Below are positions 50,731 through 64,000 of a stretch of 64,000 bases of DNA, one piece after another. The position numbers and the translations under genes are program-made. The notes below the pieces were generated by a model. It made no database searches. It had not been told where the DNA came from and saw only the letters and a program-made list of their open reading frames with translations. This DNA is from Balanoglossus misakiensis. Its lineage: Eukaryota > Animalia > Hemichordata. The DNA lies in contig CM082579.2 of the NCBI GenBank assembly GCA_040954595.2, positions 13,455,834 through 13,519,833 on the forward strand, written 5' to 3'. The first letter of the stretch is position 1. Each line of letters starts with the position of its first letter.

Positions 50731-53700
50731 AATACATATATTTTAAATATTTCATATTTTCAATCTAAAAGAGGGAGCTGCTTCCTCAAAATATAATTGA
50801 CTGTCAGAATGAAAGGCAAGCAATTCAGGCAAGTTAACTCTAACACAACAACTCTTCAATTAAATAATTGACATCAGACAACCACAAAGGCGATATTCAA
50901 TTAATTTGTATGAATTCAAATGCAGTTAACAGATTTAAAATTACTGGTAGGCGTAGATTTTGTCAGCGTTTTCCTTCATGAGTTACTTTGCTATTAGTTT
51001 GTTCTGTGTAGTTGAATTGAACAGTGTTTGGTCTGTTCATAGTACTGTACAAGTGTCATATTTCTCACATGAGTTGGGGATTTTCTGTCCCAAACAAGCT
51101 GCAGGCGAATGTGGGACAAAATATCAATGACGAGTGTGAGAAATATGATCCTGGGTCCTTGGTGTATGAGATTGTATTTCTCACACGGCTACAAATTAGC
51201 CAAATTCGTTAAATAAATGACTCTTGAACTGTCATCTGGCACATTGTAGATTCTGTATCGCGTCATTGGATAACATTTAGCACATGTTGTTAAAGAACTC
51301 TTTGTCATCCAATCAGCGCTCGCATCATATACAGCTTTCGATTCAGTGAGAATGTGGGATTGATTTGTTCTCACACTCTGATCCAACACTCTCAGCATGC
51401 CAGGAGTGTGACAATCTATTACAAGTTTGAAATCTTAGGTGAAGAGTTTATCAATCTCACTGCCAACCCTGTAGGGCATTCTGGGATATGTGTTCATGCC
51501 AAAGCACAAACAGCCATGACCTGACAGCTCAGTTTGTAGATCATTTCTACAAATCCACAAAGAGACTCAAAGTTTAGAAATGTTGTGTCGGTTAGAAATA
51601 TTAGACGTATCACTGTTAATACTTTATTTCAAAGCCATGTGAATTTGTTCACATTAGGGAAATTTTTAAAGGAAGGGAGGATTGGTATTGACTTGAATAA
51701 TTACAATGGATGTTTTGTTCTCCATTTTCAGATGTGAATAATGAGTGTTCAGATTCTGTTTGTGCTGGAGGGTGTCTAAATGCAGAGGGTGGATTCAGCT
51801 GTAGTTGTGGTGATGATGGTTTCTCTCTGAGTGCAGATCATGTCAATTGTTTAGGTAAGTTTTTTTTGAGTGGGGAGGGGATAGACCAACAATTGCTTTG
51901 CATTTCCTGCCTCAAAAGGGCGCTTACACATGTTGTATGTGACAAAGATTACAGCGAGTCACCATGTAAAAAAAATAATAAATAAAAGTTATCAGGCACT
52001 TTCCAAAGTTACACATTTAGAAAAAAATGAGTTTGTTGTGTCGTGTGTGATATTTTTGGCTAACAAAACACTAGCTTCTAATGTGGTTACTACATTGTTT
52101 GTTTATCAGTATACAGTACTGGTACAGATAAACATATGATATGACCAAGTTATATGCCAGATGATATTTATCAAGTTTCACACAATTTTGCTCTCTTGTC
52201 GTATATTTTTTTCAAAGCCAACTGTACATGTAATTCAGATGTATTCATTCAAACACAATTTATCATATTTGTGTTTTCAAGCTGGTTGGTCACCATGCCA
52301 ACAAGCATGTTACAACACACCAACCAGTTACCAGTGTGGTTGCAGACCAGGATTTAAGTTGCACAGAAATCAACAAACATGTGTCGGTGAGTATCTACAA
52401 TTGGGAGAAAGTAAGATGTAGGTATTTGTGCAATGTAAGTGTCCAATACATGTACATATGTGACACTGAAATTACACATTGTACACTCAATAATTGGTAA
52501 ATGTCTATTATTCATGACACAAATCAACATACAGTCAAACCTCTGTGACTGGCCACCTCTATTAAACAGCCACCTCTATATAGTGCCCACTTTATTCTAG
52601 TCCCTGTGTAATTTATATCTACATTAATTGACTTTTCTACCAGGTATAATGGCCACCTGTCTATAAAGGCCAGTTTAGGAAAGTCCCTTCACTAGCCATA
52701 ATGGACAGGTTTGACTGCACTTGTGTTGATTTCTGTCTGTAATACGTGTAACACAATCATAAAATTTTTCATAAAGAGGGCACACTTCCAAAATAAGGTG
52801 TCATCTCCAAGCAGACAATGTGAAAAAGGAGGCCAGTTGGTTACTGTTGGAGTACTGCTCGAGCTCATCTACTTTGTTGTATACATGATACAAGTTGCGT
52901 GTAAAACTGACCTTACAATAAAATGTGGCTGTCGAAAGTCTGTCCCAACTATAGTGTTGATACACAAGACAAAGTTTTTACTCTTTGACCAACTGGCCTC
53001 ATGGTTGCGTCTTGGAAGGGCACCCTCTTTATGAAAAAGGCATATGATATCACTACAAGGAATAAATTAACATGATAGAACATTGCTGATTAATGTCATA
53101 GATCATGATAACATGAATGCATAGCAATGTTTTGTTACAATTTGGTACATAAAGAAATGGACTACTGTGACAGTATTGACTCTGGGAACTATGTAGATGA
53201 TTCCCAGCCTCAAAATTCTGACTTGCTTCACCGTTGGAAGAAGTCAGTTTTCAGGTTAACATGTATATTTGTACAGAGTGTGGCATTAGTGAGTGGTTGC
53301 ATCACATCAATGCATGACAAAAGGTCATCACTGTGTAAGACTCAGAAATAGAATTTGAATACAAATCCTATTAAACAAAATATTCTAAAATTTACATGTT
53401 ATTTTAACACCTGTTTACTCCTATAAAAGTGAGTGCATGTGTTTTCGAGTTCTCTTCAATCCAGAAGCCACTGTATAGGCCTTAGTTGGTGCATGTAGCT
53501 CCTAGACTTAGAAATAAAGACGCCTCAAGTCCAGTTGACCATCTCACACTTCTGGCACTGGTGGGATTCAAACCAACGCCATCGAAATGACTGCAGGTGT
53601 CTAAAACCCCTTGACTGTAGGACACAAATGCCTGACAGTGATATAACTATGTTATAATGTTACGTCGACACTACATAAGTTTGGGGATATGTTGTCTCAA

Positions 53701-54587
53701 ATGATCAAATTGAGAAAAATTATCCCCATCTTGTTATAATCTGAGCCCAGTTGTCTTTGGTGTGAGATTCCAGTAGTCAAGAGTAGGCTTACCTTGAATA
53801 ATGTAATGCTTGTAAATAATTTCTAATTTCCTCTTACCCTCCAGATATGAATGAATGTCACAGTGGTGGAAATGCGTGTCAACACTATTGTCAGAATACC
53901 CATGGTAGTTATCTCTGCGCTTGCAGACAAGGCTTCAATGTGCTGGAGGATGGCCATGCATGTGCAGGTATGTAACTGTGGATATTGATCTCTTCTGTGG
54001 CTACACTGTTTGGGGATTGTATATTGCTATGGTTACAATAAAACATGCATCCTGTCTGTCCATTGCACACATTTTAAAATTTGAAATCAACCGCACACTC
54101 GTACTGAACACATGTTTGTTGAAATTGTATCTCAGAATTTTTCCATTTATAATTATGCATAATATAAACAAATAAACAAATGTGAAATTTTATCTTTGAA
54201 AATTTGTTTGCAAGGGTGAAAAAGTAATCTGTTTTTTTAAAAATCAGACAAAGTTTTGCTGACAGGGTACACAAGTTTCAGGGGATTTTGTCAAAATGAG
54301 AATGATAGAGAGTGTTAAAATTCCTAGAAAGAGATTGCCATGGATATTGAGGACTTTGGTGTAAAAACAATCAACTGATCAATTAATATGTGGTTACGAA
54401 TATGTGTCATCAACCTCACCTTCTATCCACAATGCTGGATCTATAGACAGTTTTAAAAGGGGTTTAAAAACTCGTCTTTTTATTCTGCACAATTTCATTC
54501 CATTGCTTTTTTTGGTTTAAAGGGAATGTCTTTCAGAACTGTTTTGGTTTCTTTGGGGTTTTTAAGTGTAATTTTTTTATCCTTTAA

Positions 54588-55043
54588 AGAGCATATCTTA
54601 GCTCGAAACACACTTTGAGGATAAATAATAATTGGGCGTGTGTGTTAAATGCTGGTGTCCTTTTACTTATTTCATATGGATAAATAAATGTTAAATTTAA
54701 AAATGTTCAGGGCCTGAGAAAAAACTTCTGTTTGGGCCACGCCCATTTCTGTGACGTCACAAGAGGAACCCATTTACGTTTGCAAGACTGTACATTGCAG
54801 TGGTTGAATTGCAATCATACATGTCTGTGATCTAAACAGCTTTGCTGGGTCAGCCTCTGGATCCCCCGTTCCATTCAAAATAAATGTACATATATACCTT
54901 TTCATCTAGGGGAGATGCGATTATGAAAAAAATAACACTACTCGGCCCGGTTAGGCTACGGCTACGCATTGCAAGCAGTACACAACATGCAATGGCAGCG
55001 GATGTGTATAGGCACCTTACACATACAATGATTGCTGCCTCGA
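54588..55043. mobile_element. Left end of a probable Kolobok-like element (right end not found)
   Basis: Homology to the EGF intron breaks exactly at CCTTTAA|AGAGCATA (paralogues read CCTTTAAGCTTT). TTAA followed by AG is Kolobok-like. Confidence 0.45.
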
Positions 55044-55047
55044 TTAA

Positions 55048-55842
55048 GATGGGTCCCCCGTATCTTTTTGCTCGTTTCTATGGGCCTTTATAGGACACTA
55101 CACTCAATTTTGATCGAAACCGTTATGAACGTCCGACAAGGGGCTTGTAACTAGTTAAAAATACACACGATCGTGTGCACACCCCCTGTCCGAGTATGTT
55201 TACGGCAGCTACCGCCCGGCCATAGGCCGCCACGCTAATACGGCAAAGCAGCGGTCAGCGATGGCGTGCGCGTCATGTAACCACAGTAACTGGATCGAAC
55301 GCTAAAAATCCAATGTTTTGTACACAGAGATTTTGTACCGTTCACGAAAATCCCTAAGGCTTTTTTCATAGGCCACGTACGCCAGTCAAATTTGACCTGC
55401 TTGTTGAGAACGCACTTCCACACAGTGTGACGGATCGTTTTTTCGGTTTTCGTCGTGCTAAGAAGCGATACCGGTGGAAGAGTGCGTCCAAAAACACCTA
55501 AAATCGATGACTTTTTCCGCTGTGGTACGGGTATGCTGAAATCGTAGGATACAACGATAATATTCAAAAACAAAATCCGTCACGATCTTCCCTGGTTCAA
55601 GCAACTAATGAATACGTATCAAGTTCGTTTTTGAGGTCACGGAATAAAAAGCCTTAGGCTTTTGAAATTTGACCTAGCTAATTTGCATATCAATGGCGTC
55701 AGGGGGCGCGCGCTCACAATCGTGCAGATTTTCAACTAGTTACCAGCCCCTTGTTAGACTCTGAAAACGGCTTAGTCCAAATCGGGGTGTAATGTCCTGC
55801 AAAGGCCCATAGCAACGGGCAAAAAGATCCGGGGGACCCATC
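55048..55842. mobile_element. TTAA-flanked MITE with long imperfect TIRs (Kolobok-like)
   Basis: TTAA-GATGGGTCCCCCG...CGGGGGACCCATC-TTAA. Inverted similarity extends ~140 bp. Confidence 0.8.
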
Positions 55843-56407
55843 TTAAACCGTGGAATATTGCCCAGATGTTTAGGACTAGAGTGTTGGGTCTCAATCTACT
55901 TATCTTGGACAATGTCAACTTATTGACAACTGATATATCGTGGTCTTTTGGCGATTTTCGATCACTGCCTCAACAGACAAAATACGCGCGTGTTATTACA
56001 AGGGAACTCCATCAGCGCCGATGCGTGTACACGCAGTCAGCAGCGATGACACATATCGCGCCGCGATGTATATGTACCATGCCAGCACTAAAATTCTGGC
56101 TTCTAAATTACATGTAAGCTATCTTGGTTTTGCAGATAGGGTTACATGACGAAGTCGCTCTGCCAATCTGGTTCAAAACTTGACCCCATCCTGCTTTGTG
56201 GGGTAATTTTACCAGTCCCCGTGGTGAAAGAACATATAGAGACTCTGATTGTGGACCTCTGGAGCGCTAATTTGGTTTCTAGCGTGCAAAAACTACATTT
56301 CTCTCTGTAGCGGGCTTGCCCGTTGGACCCGCACGTTTAGTCTGTTCCGGTGCTGTTACGTAACGATCTTGGGGAGGAATCTGAGACCACAGCTGGTGGC
56401 CCTCAGT

Positions 56408-57605
56408 ATGACTCAACGATGCGAGGACTGCGGTGAGCTCTCTTCGCGAGTAAGGCTTTGCCAAGGTGACATGTGCCTTTGTTCTGGCTGTAATAAGAAA
56501 CGCTTCGGAAACACCATGGGAGGTGGCAGCGATACGAAGTCTGACGGAGGGAAAGGGAGAACTACCTCAAACGGAGTGGTAATTAACGAGCTTTTATGCT
56601 TTTTGGTGAACAAAATTGATTTATTGACGACGGACATGTTGGTCAAAATATGTTGCGACCATTTCGGTGATGAAGAGGTAGAGTCTGCCAAAAAGACTTT
56701 GTTCGAACTCTGCCATAGTGACGGCGGGAGATTTGTAAAGCGTCAAGGACCCAATAAGCGACATAATAATGTAATGGATATGGTTAAACTACTACATGAA
56801 CTCGACGACGAAGATATGCCTTGCTTCGTCGCAAAGGACATATCCAAGCTACCTGCAATAGACGTGAACCACGTGGACATTACAACTTTGCTGGCGGAGC
56901 TGAAGTCCATGAGACGGGAGATGTCGGAATTGAGAGACGGCAAAGCTCTACCTGAAATGAAAAATTTGGCCACTGAGGTACATATTTTGCGGCAAGAAAT
57001 CCGGGAAATGAAAACCAGCATCGATAAAGGCCATAAACAGGACTCAACTCAGCAGGTGGGCTGTAACGCGCTAGGTGTCTCGTCACCCCCCGTATTTCAG
57101 CAGTGTTCTACAAACAATGAGCAGCACCCGGCGGCCATTACAAATTCCTATGCAGGCGTTCTTCAGTCAACGTGCACTTCAGATGGTGGAAATGCTAACA
57201 AAGGTGTAGATGTGTCGCGCACTCGCCGTATATCAGCCATAAAAAAAATCTAACACACCTGACAAGGAGGATGAGATCGGTTTTACCGTTGTAACCCGTA
57301 AGCATAAAAGACGACCTCAACACGCTATTGGGACAGCGAAACGAAGTGAGGAGTGCCCCATTAGAGCAGTTCGCCCAAACCCACCCTTCAAGTTTTTTGC
57401 TACAAGGTTTGCTCCGTCTACCACCCCAGTTGACATCGAGCATTATGTCAAATGCCGTCTTCAGATATCAGTAAAATGTGAGCAGCTAGTCTCTAAATAT
57501 GACTCGTACAAATCCTTCGTCATCGAAACGACACGGGACCTGGCAGACAGTGTTCGCGACCCGTCACTCTGGCCAGAGGGCATTCTTATCCGCAAATTTT
57601 ATTAA
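56408..57605 (+). pseudogene. LINE ORF1, frameshifted near 57200-57250
   Basis: N-terminal CxxC...CxxC; NELLCF...AKKTLF...FVAKDISKLP core; coiled coil; then FFATRF...YKSF...WPEGILIRKFY in the shifted frame. Confidence 0.8.
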
Positions 57606-57612
57606 TATTTTT

Positions 57613-60420
57613 ATGACTTTACGCTTATGTTCATACAATTGCCGTGGGATTAAATCATCCATAGATTCGATCAAAACACTTTGTGACACTCATGACGTCG
57701 TCCTCATTCAAGAACATTAGCTGAGCAAAGCTGAACTCTCGCTGTTGTCTAATATCCATCAGGAATTCAACGCTTGTGGTATTTCGGCCATTGATGATAA
57801 TGTCGGCTTTCGGATTGGACGTCCGTTCGGTGGTGTTGCCATCATGTGGCGGAAGTCACTGGGTCACAGTGTAACTATTAAGTACCTAGATGATACTAGA
57901 CTTCTGGGTTTTGAAATCATTACGTCTTCTGTGAAATTGTTTATTATTTGTGTTTACCTACCTGTTTGCTCTAGTGAGAACTACGACACATTTATGGCCT
58001 ACCTGGCAAAAATAAGCAACGTTATTGATGAAGCTGACAGTGGGAATGTTATTATTATGGGTGACTTCAATTCGAACCTGGGCACATTGTTCGGAAACGA
58101 GCTGGGTATATTTTGTCAGGAAAACAATTTGCACATTTCAGATGTAGAAAAGTTAGGCCGCAGCGGTGAGAACTTCACGTACATCAGCGAAGCCCATGGG
58201 AGTACTTGCTGGTTAGATCACATTTTGAGTACACATGCAGTTCATAGTGCCATTACTGATATTCATATTCTTCACGACTTTGTCTCATCAGACCATTTCC
58301 CTCTTTCAGTAGGGCTAAGATTATGTGGCCTTGTTCGCTCTGAGCCTTTTCAGTACAATTTGAGCAACCCCAATGAGAATTTTAGATGGGATAAAGCAAC
58401 CTTGCATAATTTGCACTCATACAAGGTACATACCAGGCATTCACTTTGTAACTTGGAGATGCCAGTTGAAGTTTTGGCATGTCGGGATCCTAACTGCAAA
58501 AGCACTGACCACATCTGTAGTTTGCATAAGTTTTACACTAATATTGTTACTTGTTTGAAGTCAGCTTCAACGAAATGTATTCCTAAGGCGAAACCAAATG
58601 GTCATTTTAATATAGTGCCCGGATGGAATGAGCATTTGCGGGATTTTCATAATGCGGCCCGTGATGCCTTCAAGATTTGGATTGGGCATGGCAAGCCTAG
58701 GTCTGGCCCGTTGTTTGACCTTATGCGGAAAACGCGTGCCAAATTTAAGTATGTCCTCAGATCTTGTAAGAGAGAAGAAAGTATTGCAAGAGCGGATGCC
58801 ATGGCAGAAAGTTTGACTCAAGGGGGTGTCCGTAAATTTTGGAATTCAGTTCATAATACAATGGGTGGGCGTGCCACTCTTCCCACCAGTGTGAGCGGCT
58901 GTAGTGGCCACGATAACATTGCTGGTATGTGGAAAAATCATTACGAAAGTCTTCTTAACTCTGTTAGTGCTTGTCGTGAAAAAATGTCTGTCCTGTCTTT
59001 ACTAGATAGAATAGATTTTCATAAAGATATGATTGTTACAGCTGATGAGATTAAAAATTGTATAAATAAGCTAGAAAAGGGTAAATCATGTGACAGTGAT
59101 GGCATTGCTTCAGAGCATTTAATTTATGCTGATTCCATACTTTATGTAATCTTGAGTCTCTGCTTTACTAGCTTTTTCACTCATGGTTATTTACCAGACA
59201 AGTTTATGCATGCAATTATTTGTCCAATTGTTAAAGACAAGTCTAAGGATCTTACTTCTGTGGACAACTATAGACCTATTGCACTGGTAACGGCCCTTTC
59301 AAAATTGCTGGAATTGTGTATTTTGTCAAGAATAGAGTCTCTAATTGTAACTAGTGATCTGCAATTTGGTTTTAAACGTGGCCACTCTACAGATATGACT
59401 ATTTTTGTTCTCAAGGAAGTGATTGACTTCTATAAAAGGCATAATACACCTGTCTTTATGTGTTTCATGGATGCCACAAAGGCATTTGACAGGGTTAATC
59501 ACTGGACACTGTTTAAAAAATTGTTGAACAGGGACATCCCTTTATACATAATTCGTATTTTACAATACTGGTATAGCGAACAACTCTTTTTTGTGCGCTG
59601 GGCCTCTGCCATTTCTGTACCATTTAATGTTACTAATGGGGTGCGACAGGGAAGCATTCTTTCACCCAATCTTTTTGCTGTTTATGTTGATGACCTAAGT
59701 AAAATGCTTCTGATGTCGGGTGTTGGGTGTAGTCTGGTAAATACTGTTATAAATCATTTATTTTATGCTGATGATCTAGTATTAGTCTGCCCTTCAGCTA
59801 AAGCCCTTAGGAAGTTGATAACTATTTGTGAATATTATGGTAACGAACATGATATCATTTTCCATACTATAAAAACCGATTGTATGGCAATTTTTCCAAA
59901 GTCATGGAACCCAGTTAGAGTCCCAAATGTGTATCTTTATGGTAAAAGTCTAAATTTTGTGGATACTAAGAAGTACCTTGGTTATATTGTGTCTTCCTCT
60001 GGTGATGACAATGCGGACATTCAAAGACAACTTCGTTGTGTTTATGCTAGAGCCAATATGCTCATACGTAGATTTAGTCATTGTTCACAACGTGTGAAAT
60101 GTACGCTCTTTAAGAGTTTCCTGTACAGTATGTATTGTATGAATGTGTGGTGTAACTATAACACCAAATGCATGTCAAATCTGAAAATTGCTTATCACAA
60201 TGCACTGCGTTTGATCTTTGAACTGAAACGAGACATTAGCATAAGTTACAATTTTGTCACAAAGGATATTATGAACTTTAGCTCGTTGCATCGCAAGTTG
60301 TTATACTCTCTTGCCACAAGACTTTTGAACAGTAGTAATGCTGTTGTATATGCCTGCACTCACTCTGACCTGTATTTCCATTCAAGATTTTGGAAGCACT
60401 ATAGAAACATTCTGTACTAG
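57613..60420 (+). pseudogene. LINE ORF2 (AP endonuclease + reverse transcriptase) with one premature TAG at 57718-57720
   Basis: SYNCRG, IQEH*L, GGVAI, GDFN, WLDHI, SDHFP; NYRPIAL, QFGFK, DATKAFD, GVRQG, YADD, KYLG. Confidence 0.93.
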
Positions 60421-61379
60421 GGGATGAGGACCGACCTTCCGCCCCCTCTCGCCGCGACGTTGTAGTATTTTATTATTTTTTCTACAGATTTTAATGTGTG
60501 TGTTCTTGTTTTTTACTTCTCTTGCTGTGTTTTTATGGGCTATGAGCCTGAAATAAAGATTATTATTATTATTATTATTATATGCCTTTTTGGTGATGAC
60601 AAACAGAAACATTTATGACTTGTCGCTGTAATCATGAAAGTTCCTTCACATGCTTCATACTGCATTATAACAAAATGAAACCATACAACCAACAGCAACA
60701 GGCGATCATGCCGGGCCGACCCACTCACGCTCACAAAGCATGAAACATTTTCATTGATACACACGAATATCCAAGTTTGGAAACGGTTTTCACTCACACG
60801 AGGCAAAATTTATTCAACACATTTTGTTTCAAAATTTGTACAGTGTGTTTTGGAGCCGATGAGTCGGACATAGTGCGTTCAAGTTTTCACATTGATTGCT
60901 GTCAACCTTAATTATCGAAGTTTGCGGTCCCTGGGTACCGGGTAGCCAGACGAAAGAGTGAATAATTATAAGCAATCTCGACATGATGTCGGCCAGCGCA
61001 AAATTGTGTTTACGCATCCTGCCAGTTCACCTACTACTGTGTAATCGCGGTCGCTGGAACACTGAATGAACACCAATATCGGGTATAAACGATCAGTTGT
61101 GCTCTGAATTGAATATTGATCACTGGTCGACCTCTCCTACTGACAGGCTTCTATTTTCCTGTAAGGGTGTGGATTGTCTTCTCGTGATTCAAACCTGGCC
61201 GATTATCATTCAACGGTCATGCATTGACAGTTACGGCCGCCGCCGCCGGATGGCTTCATATCCACCGTACAATATCGATGATCGTGGCATAGACTTTCAT
61301 TGGTTTTCGGGGAATTCACACGGGTGACTTCCGTCTAGGTAATGTGTTGCTGCAACCACGGCAACCACCTCTTTTTCCC

Positions 61380-62400
61380 ATTGTGGTATTACACAGAAAA
61401 GCACGAAAACACCGTATGTGGAAATTTCAGAAAATGAGCATTTTAAAAGCATGTCAGGCATTTTTTGGTACAAGCTGGGAACAAGTTGTTTTTGGATATT
61501 TCGAATACGCTGATTTCGAATTTGCCTGTTCCCAAAAATTCTTTTCACGTTTTCATGTCGAAAATGGCAAATTAATTTGTGACGTCATAATTTCAAAATA
61601 CCTAAAAGAAAACGCTGTTTGTAGCCATTATGGTGCAATATCACAGGTCAACACCATAATAGTCTATTGAAATCGTATTCTTATATTCATTTAAATACTT
61701 TTAAACAATTTGTTTAATTTAGAAACATTTGGTGAATTGGTAAAAATGCTAATTTATGTTAATTAGGTGACACACCCATCTAAAATCAATGGGTCTACAA
61801 AAGAGAGCCAACGGTGTTAAGTGAGGTGTCTATTCCAATGTTTTCAGGGTCAAGGAATTCAAATATGCAATCGGTTACCTTGTCAGACAAGGTGCAGCAT
61901 GGAAAATATGCAAAATTAGCTTAATTAGTCATGATGTCATGCTAAAATTGACAACTGAAAGCTAAAGATACGACTATGGCCTGTGAGGTGTCTATTCATA
62001 TGTTTTTTGACAAATGTTTGCATTTTAATGAATAACTGAAATGAAACTTTCCATATTAGTATGTAATAGCATGTAAAAAACAACAAAAACAAACAAACTA
62101 ACAAACAAACAAACAAATAAACATACACAACAAGGATTTAGTTTAGACTGTACATGCTCGCTGGTAACATCGTGACCAACCGCTCCGTTAAAAAACACCA
62201 GAACAAAGAACGTATGAACGTTTAGGTCCACAATTCACAAGTTATTGAACTATGAATGTATGTTCAATGCTGTGAAAAGCCAAAAACATACTTTTTGCCC
62301 AAAAAAATGACATTTGTTAACGTACAAGTTGTTCATTAATAGCGAAAGCACCGTATGGCCACACTCACATTATGCCAGCACCGTATATTCATGCTTGGTT
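61380..62400 (-). repeat. Microsatellite-bearing interspersed repeat (HINE-like), boundaries approximate
   Basis: (AAAC)n at ~62085-62122, repeated GTGAGGTGTCTATTC core and repeated CACCGTAT motifs. Confidence 0.35.
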
Positions 62401-62572
62401 ATAAGACGTTGAATGCACACTGATGGCCCGACGTCCTCATTGTTTTTTTGAAACCCGGTCTCTAACAACAATTTCTCTTCATAAGTAAAGAGTGATGTGT
62501 ATTTTTATTACGGTTTTATATATGATACTGTGTGCAAAGTGAAGATTGTGTGTCAGTGAGGCAACATATATA

Positions 62573-63403
62573 CAGGGTTTTACATGACGCGCATTTCTGC
62601 GTCCTTTACGCACAAAACTGGGCGTGGGACCCGTCAAAAACTAAACCATGCGTCCCTTGGGACGCATGAAATATGTCTATTGTTGAGACCCTTGTTGCAC
62701 GTTTCCTGATATCTAATGGGTGTACGCGTACACAGAGAGTCAATTAAACAGTTAATGACCTTATGACCTGTAATCGATACTGATAACAGTTTCATAGCAA
62801 ACTTGTAGCAAACTTGGTTTATTAATGAATTTGATACAGTTTACATACACGCAGTCACCCTCTTGGGAATTATAAGTTACACTACGATATCACGCCTATA
62901 TCGCACTTTGCTGTGTGCAAGCAGTGAACTACCAAGACTCCTATTGCTCTGAAACCAACTCCGTCCATGAGTACCAGCAGTCTTAGTTTTGTTGAAAACC
63001 CTGAACTTAAACTTTAAATATAGATTCAGCTGCAAATTTCTCGAATAAGACTTTAAGAAGACCAAGTTGAGAGTACATGTACTGGTATTCTCCATATTAT
63101 ATGCTTTAGGTCAAAGGGTCACTCATAAGGTGATGTTCAAGATGGGACCCCTAGCCATACTACAGTTGATCTTGGAATTACTCCCTATATCTTGTAGACA
63201 ATATCATTTTATGATTTGGATTGGTATTGATTCTTACAACCGTTGCCCATTCACAGAAGGATTTTCTAATTTCCAGCATTGATAAAATGATAAAATATTC
63301 TGGTGAAATAAATTGGGACCCCCATGGTTTGATGTAGGACCCCCATTTTTCAACACTAGGAGTCCCAGGGACTCCCAAAAGTAAAAAGCGATGTAAAACC
63401 CTG
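62573..63403. mobile_element. Non-autonomous DNA transposon with CAG...CTG termini
   Basis: TIR CAGGGTTTTACAT / ATGTAAAACCCTG, flanked by TATATA on both sides. Confidence 0.8.
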
Positions 63404-64000
63404 TATATACATGTATATTTAATCCACTTGGGTGTCGTACTTGGCTCAGATGTGTGTTAATGTGTACTAAACAAATTCAGAGAGCGAGCCGCCAATACAG
63501 ATAATCTCACCCACAAAATACCAATTATAAAAAAACAAAATAAATTCATATTACAATATTTGAAACAAGAAACTGCTCAAAGAGTAATTTTCAAAATATT
63601 TATCATCACTAAACTAGTTATAGGGGTAAATACAGGATCGAGATTCAGTCGCTAAAGAAATTCAAGTTTGGTAATAACACCGGTTACAACAAACTTAGTT
63701 AAAACATTGTATAGCCATAGATATATTATAATAGTGGCCTGGCATAAACAAAATTTTCATAACATTTGGGCATTTTGTGATAAAAGTTTAACAAGTAAAG
63801 CTCAGTTGATTCGTTCTTTTCCCCATAAAAATATCTTTGATGAACAAAATTCCAAATTTAGTCAACCCAGGAAAAACGGCATCTTGTTTCTCAACCTTAT
63901 AAATTGATCTGACCAGTTTGAATCAGTGCAGAATCTAGCTTTTCTATTTTATCTTCATCAAATGATTCATGCAAATAAAGAATCACTTCCCCATAAAATG

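Larger units (their letters stand above)
28550..53967 (+). pseudogene. Array of phase 1-1 calcium-binding EGF exons (fibrillin/fibulin/matrilin-like), mostly disabled
   Basis: Exon A: 28550-28668 and 33342-33460 (4-bp deletion), 37661-37783 (TAA), 53845-53967 (intact, DMNECHSGGNACQHYCQNTHGSYLCAC). Exon B: 30647-30763, 35047-35163, 39370-39486 (DVNECMERADLCEGQCVNTAGSFYCTC, two TGA). Exon C: 46970-47092, 51732-51854 (intact). Exon D: 47524-47649 (intact), ~52278-52386 (5' end and acceptor deleted). Confidence 0.88.
56249..60580 (+). mobile_element. Non-LTR retrotransposon, L2/CR1 group (Daphne-like), near full length; 5' boundary approximate
   Basis: ORF1 plus APE-RT ORF2; 3' end GGGC...GCCTGAAATAAAG(ATT)7. 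Confidence 0.92.

Overview
AT-rich eukaryotic DNA with GT-AG introns, most consistent with a marine invertebrate. I found no intact host gene. The window is a duplicated, transposon-rich region built on two decayed host-gene fragments on the + strand. The first is a MED25 (Mediator subunit 25) VWA/low-complexity exon block, tandemly duplicated (about 3003-12890 and 12891-28030), with a near-identical 4 x 1.6 kb exon-pair array inside copy 1. The second is an array of phase 1-1 calcium-binding EGF exons (28550-53967) with ~4.3 kb tandem units. Inserted into these are three classes of tyrosine-recombinase (YR) element: an Ngaro retrotransposon with split direct repeats (16355-21260), an apparently intact Crypton DNA transposon (22637-24545) and a DIRS1-type retrotransposon with ITRs and an ICR (39542-45186). 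Each has an empty paralogous site in the window, so the junctions can be compared directly. Also present are an L2/CR1-group LINE (about 56250-60580) and many non-autonomous DNA elements (pogo-like, MULE-like, Kolobok-like, piggyBac-like, hAT-like, HINE-like). The most striking pattern is a shared layout in the Crypton and two unrelated non-coding families: a long terminal hairpin (GTA triloop in two of them), then an internal inverted copy of the predicted circle junction, analogous to the DIRS ICR. All calls come from reading the sequence by eye; no searches were run.
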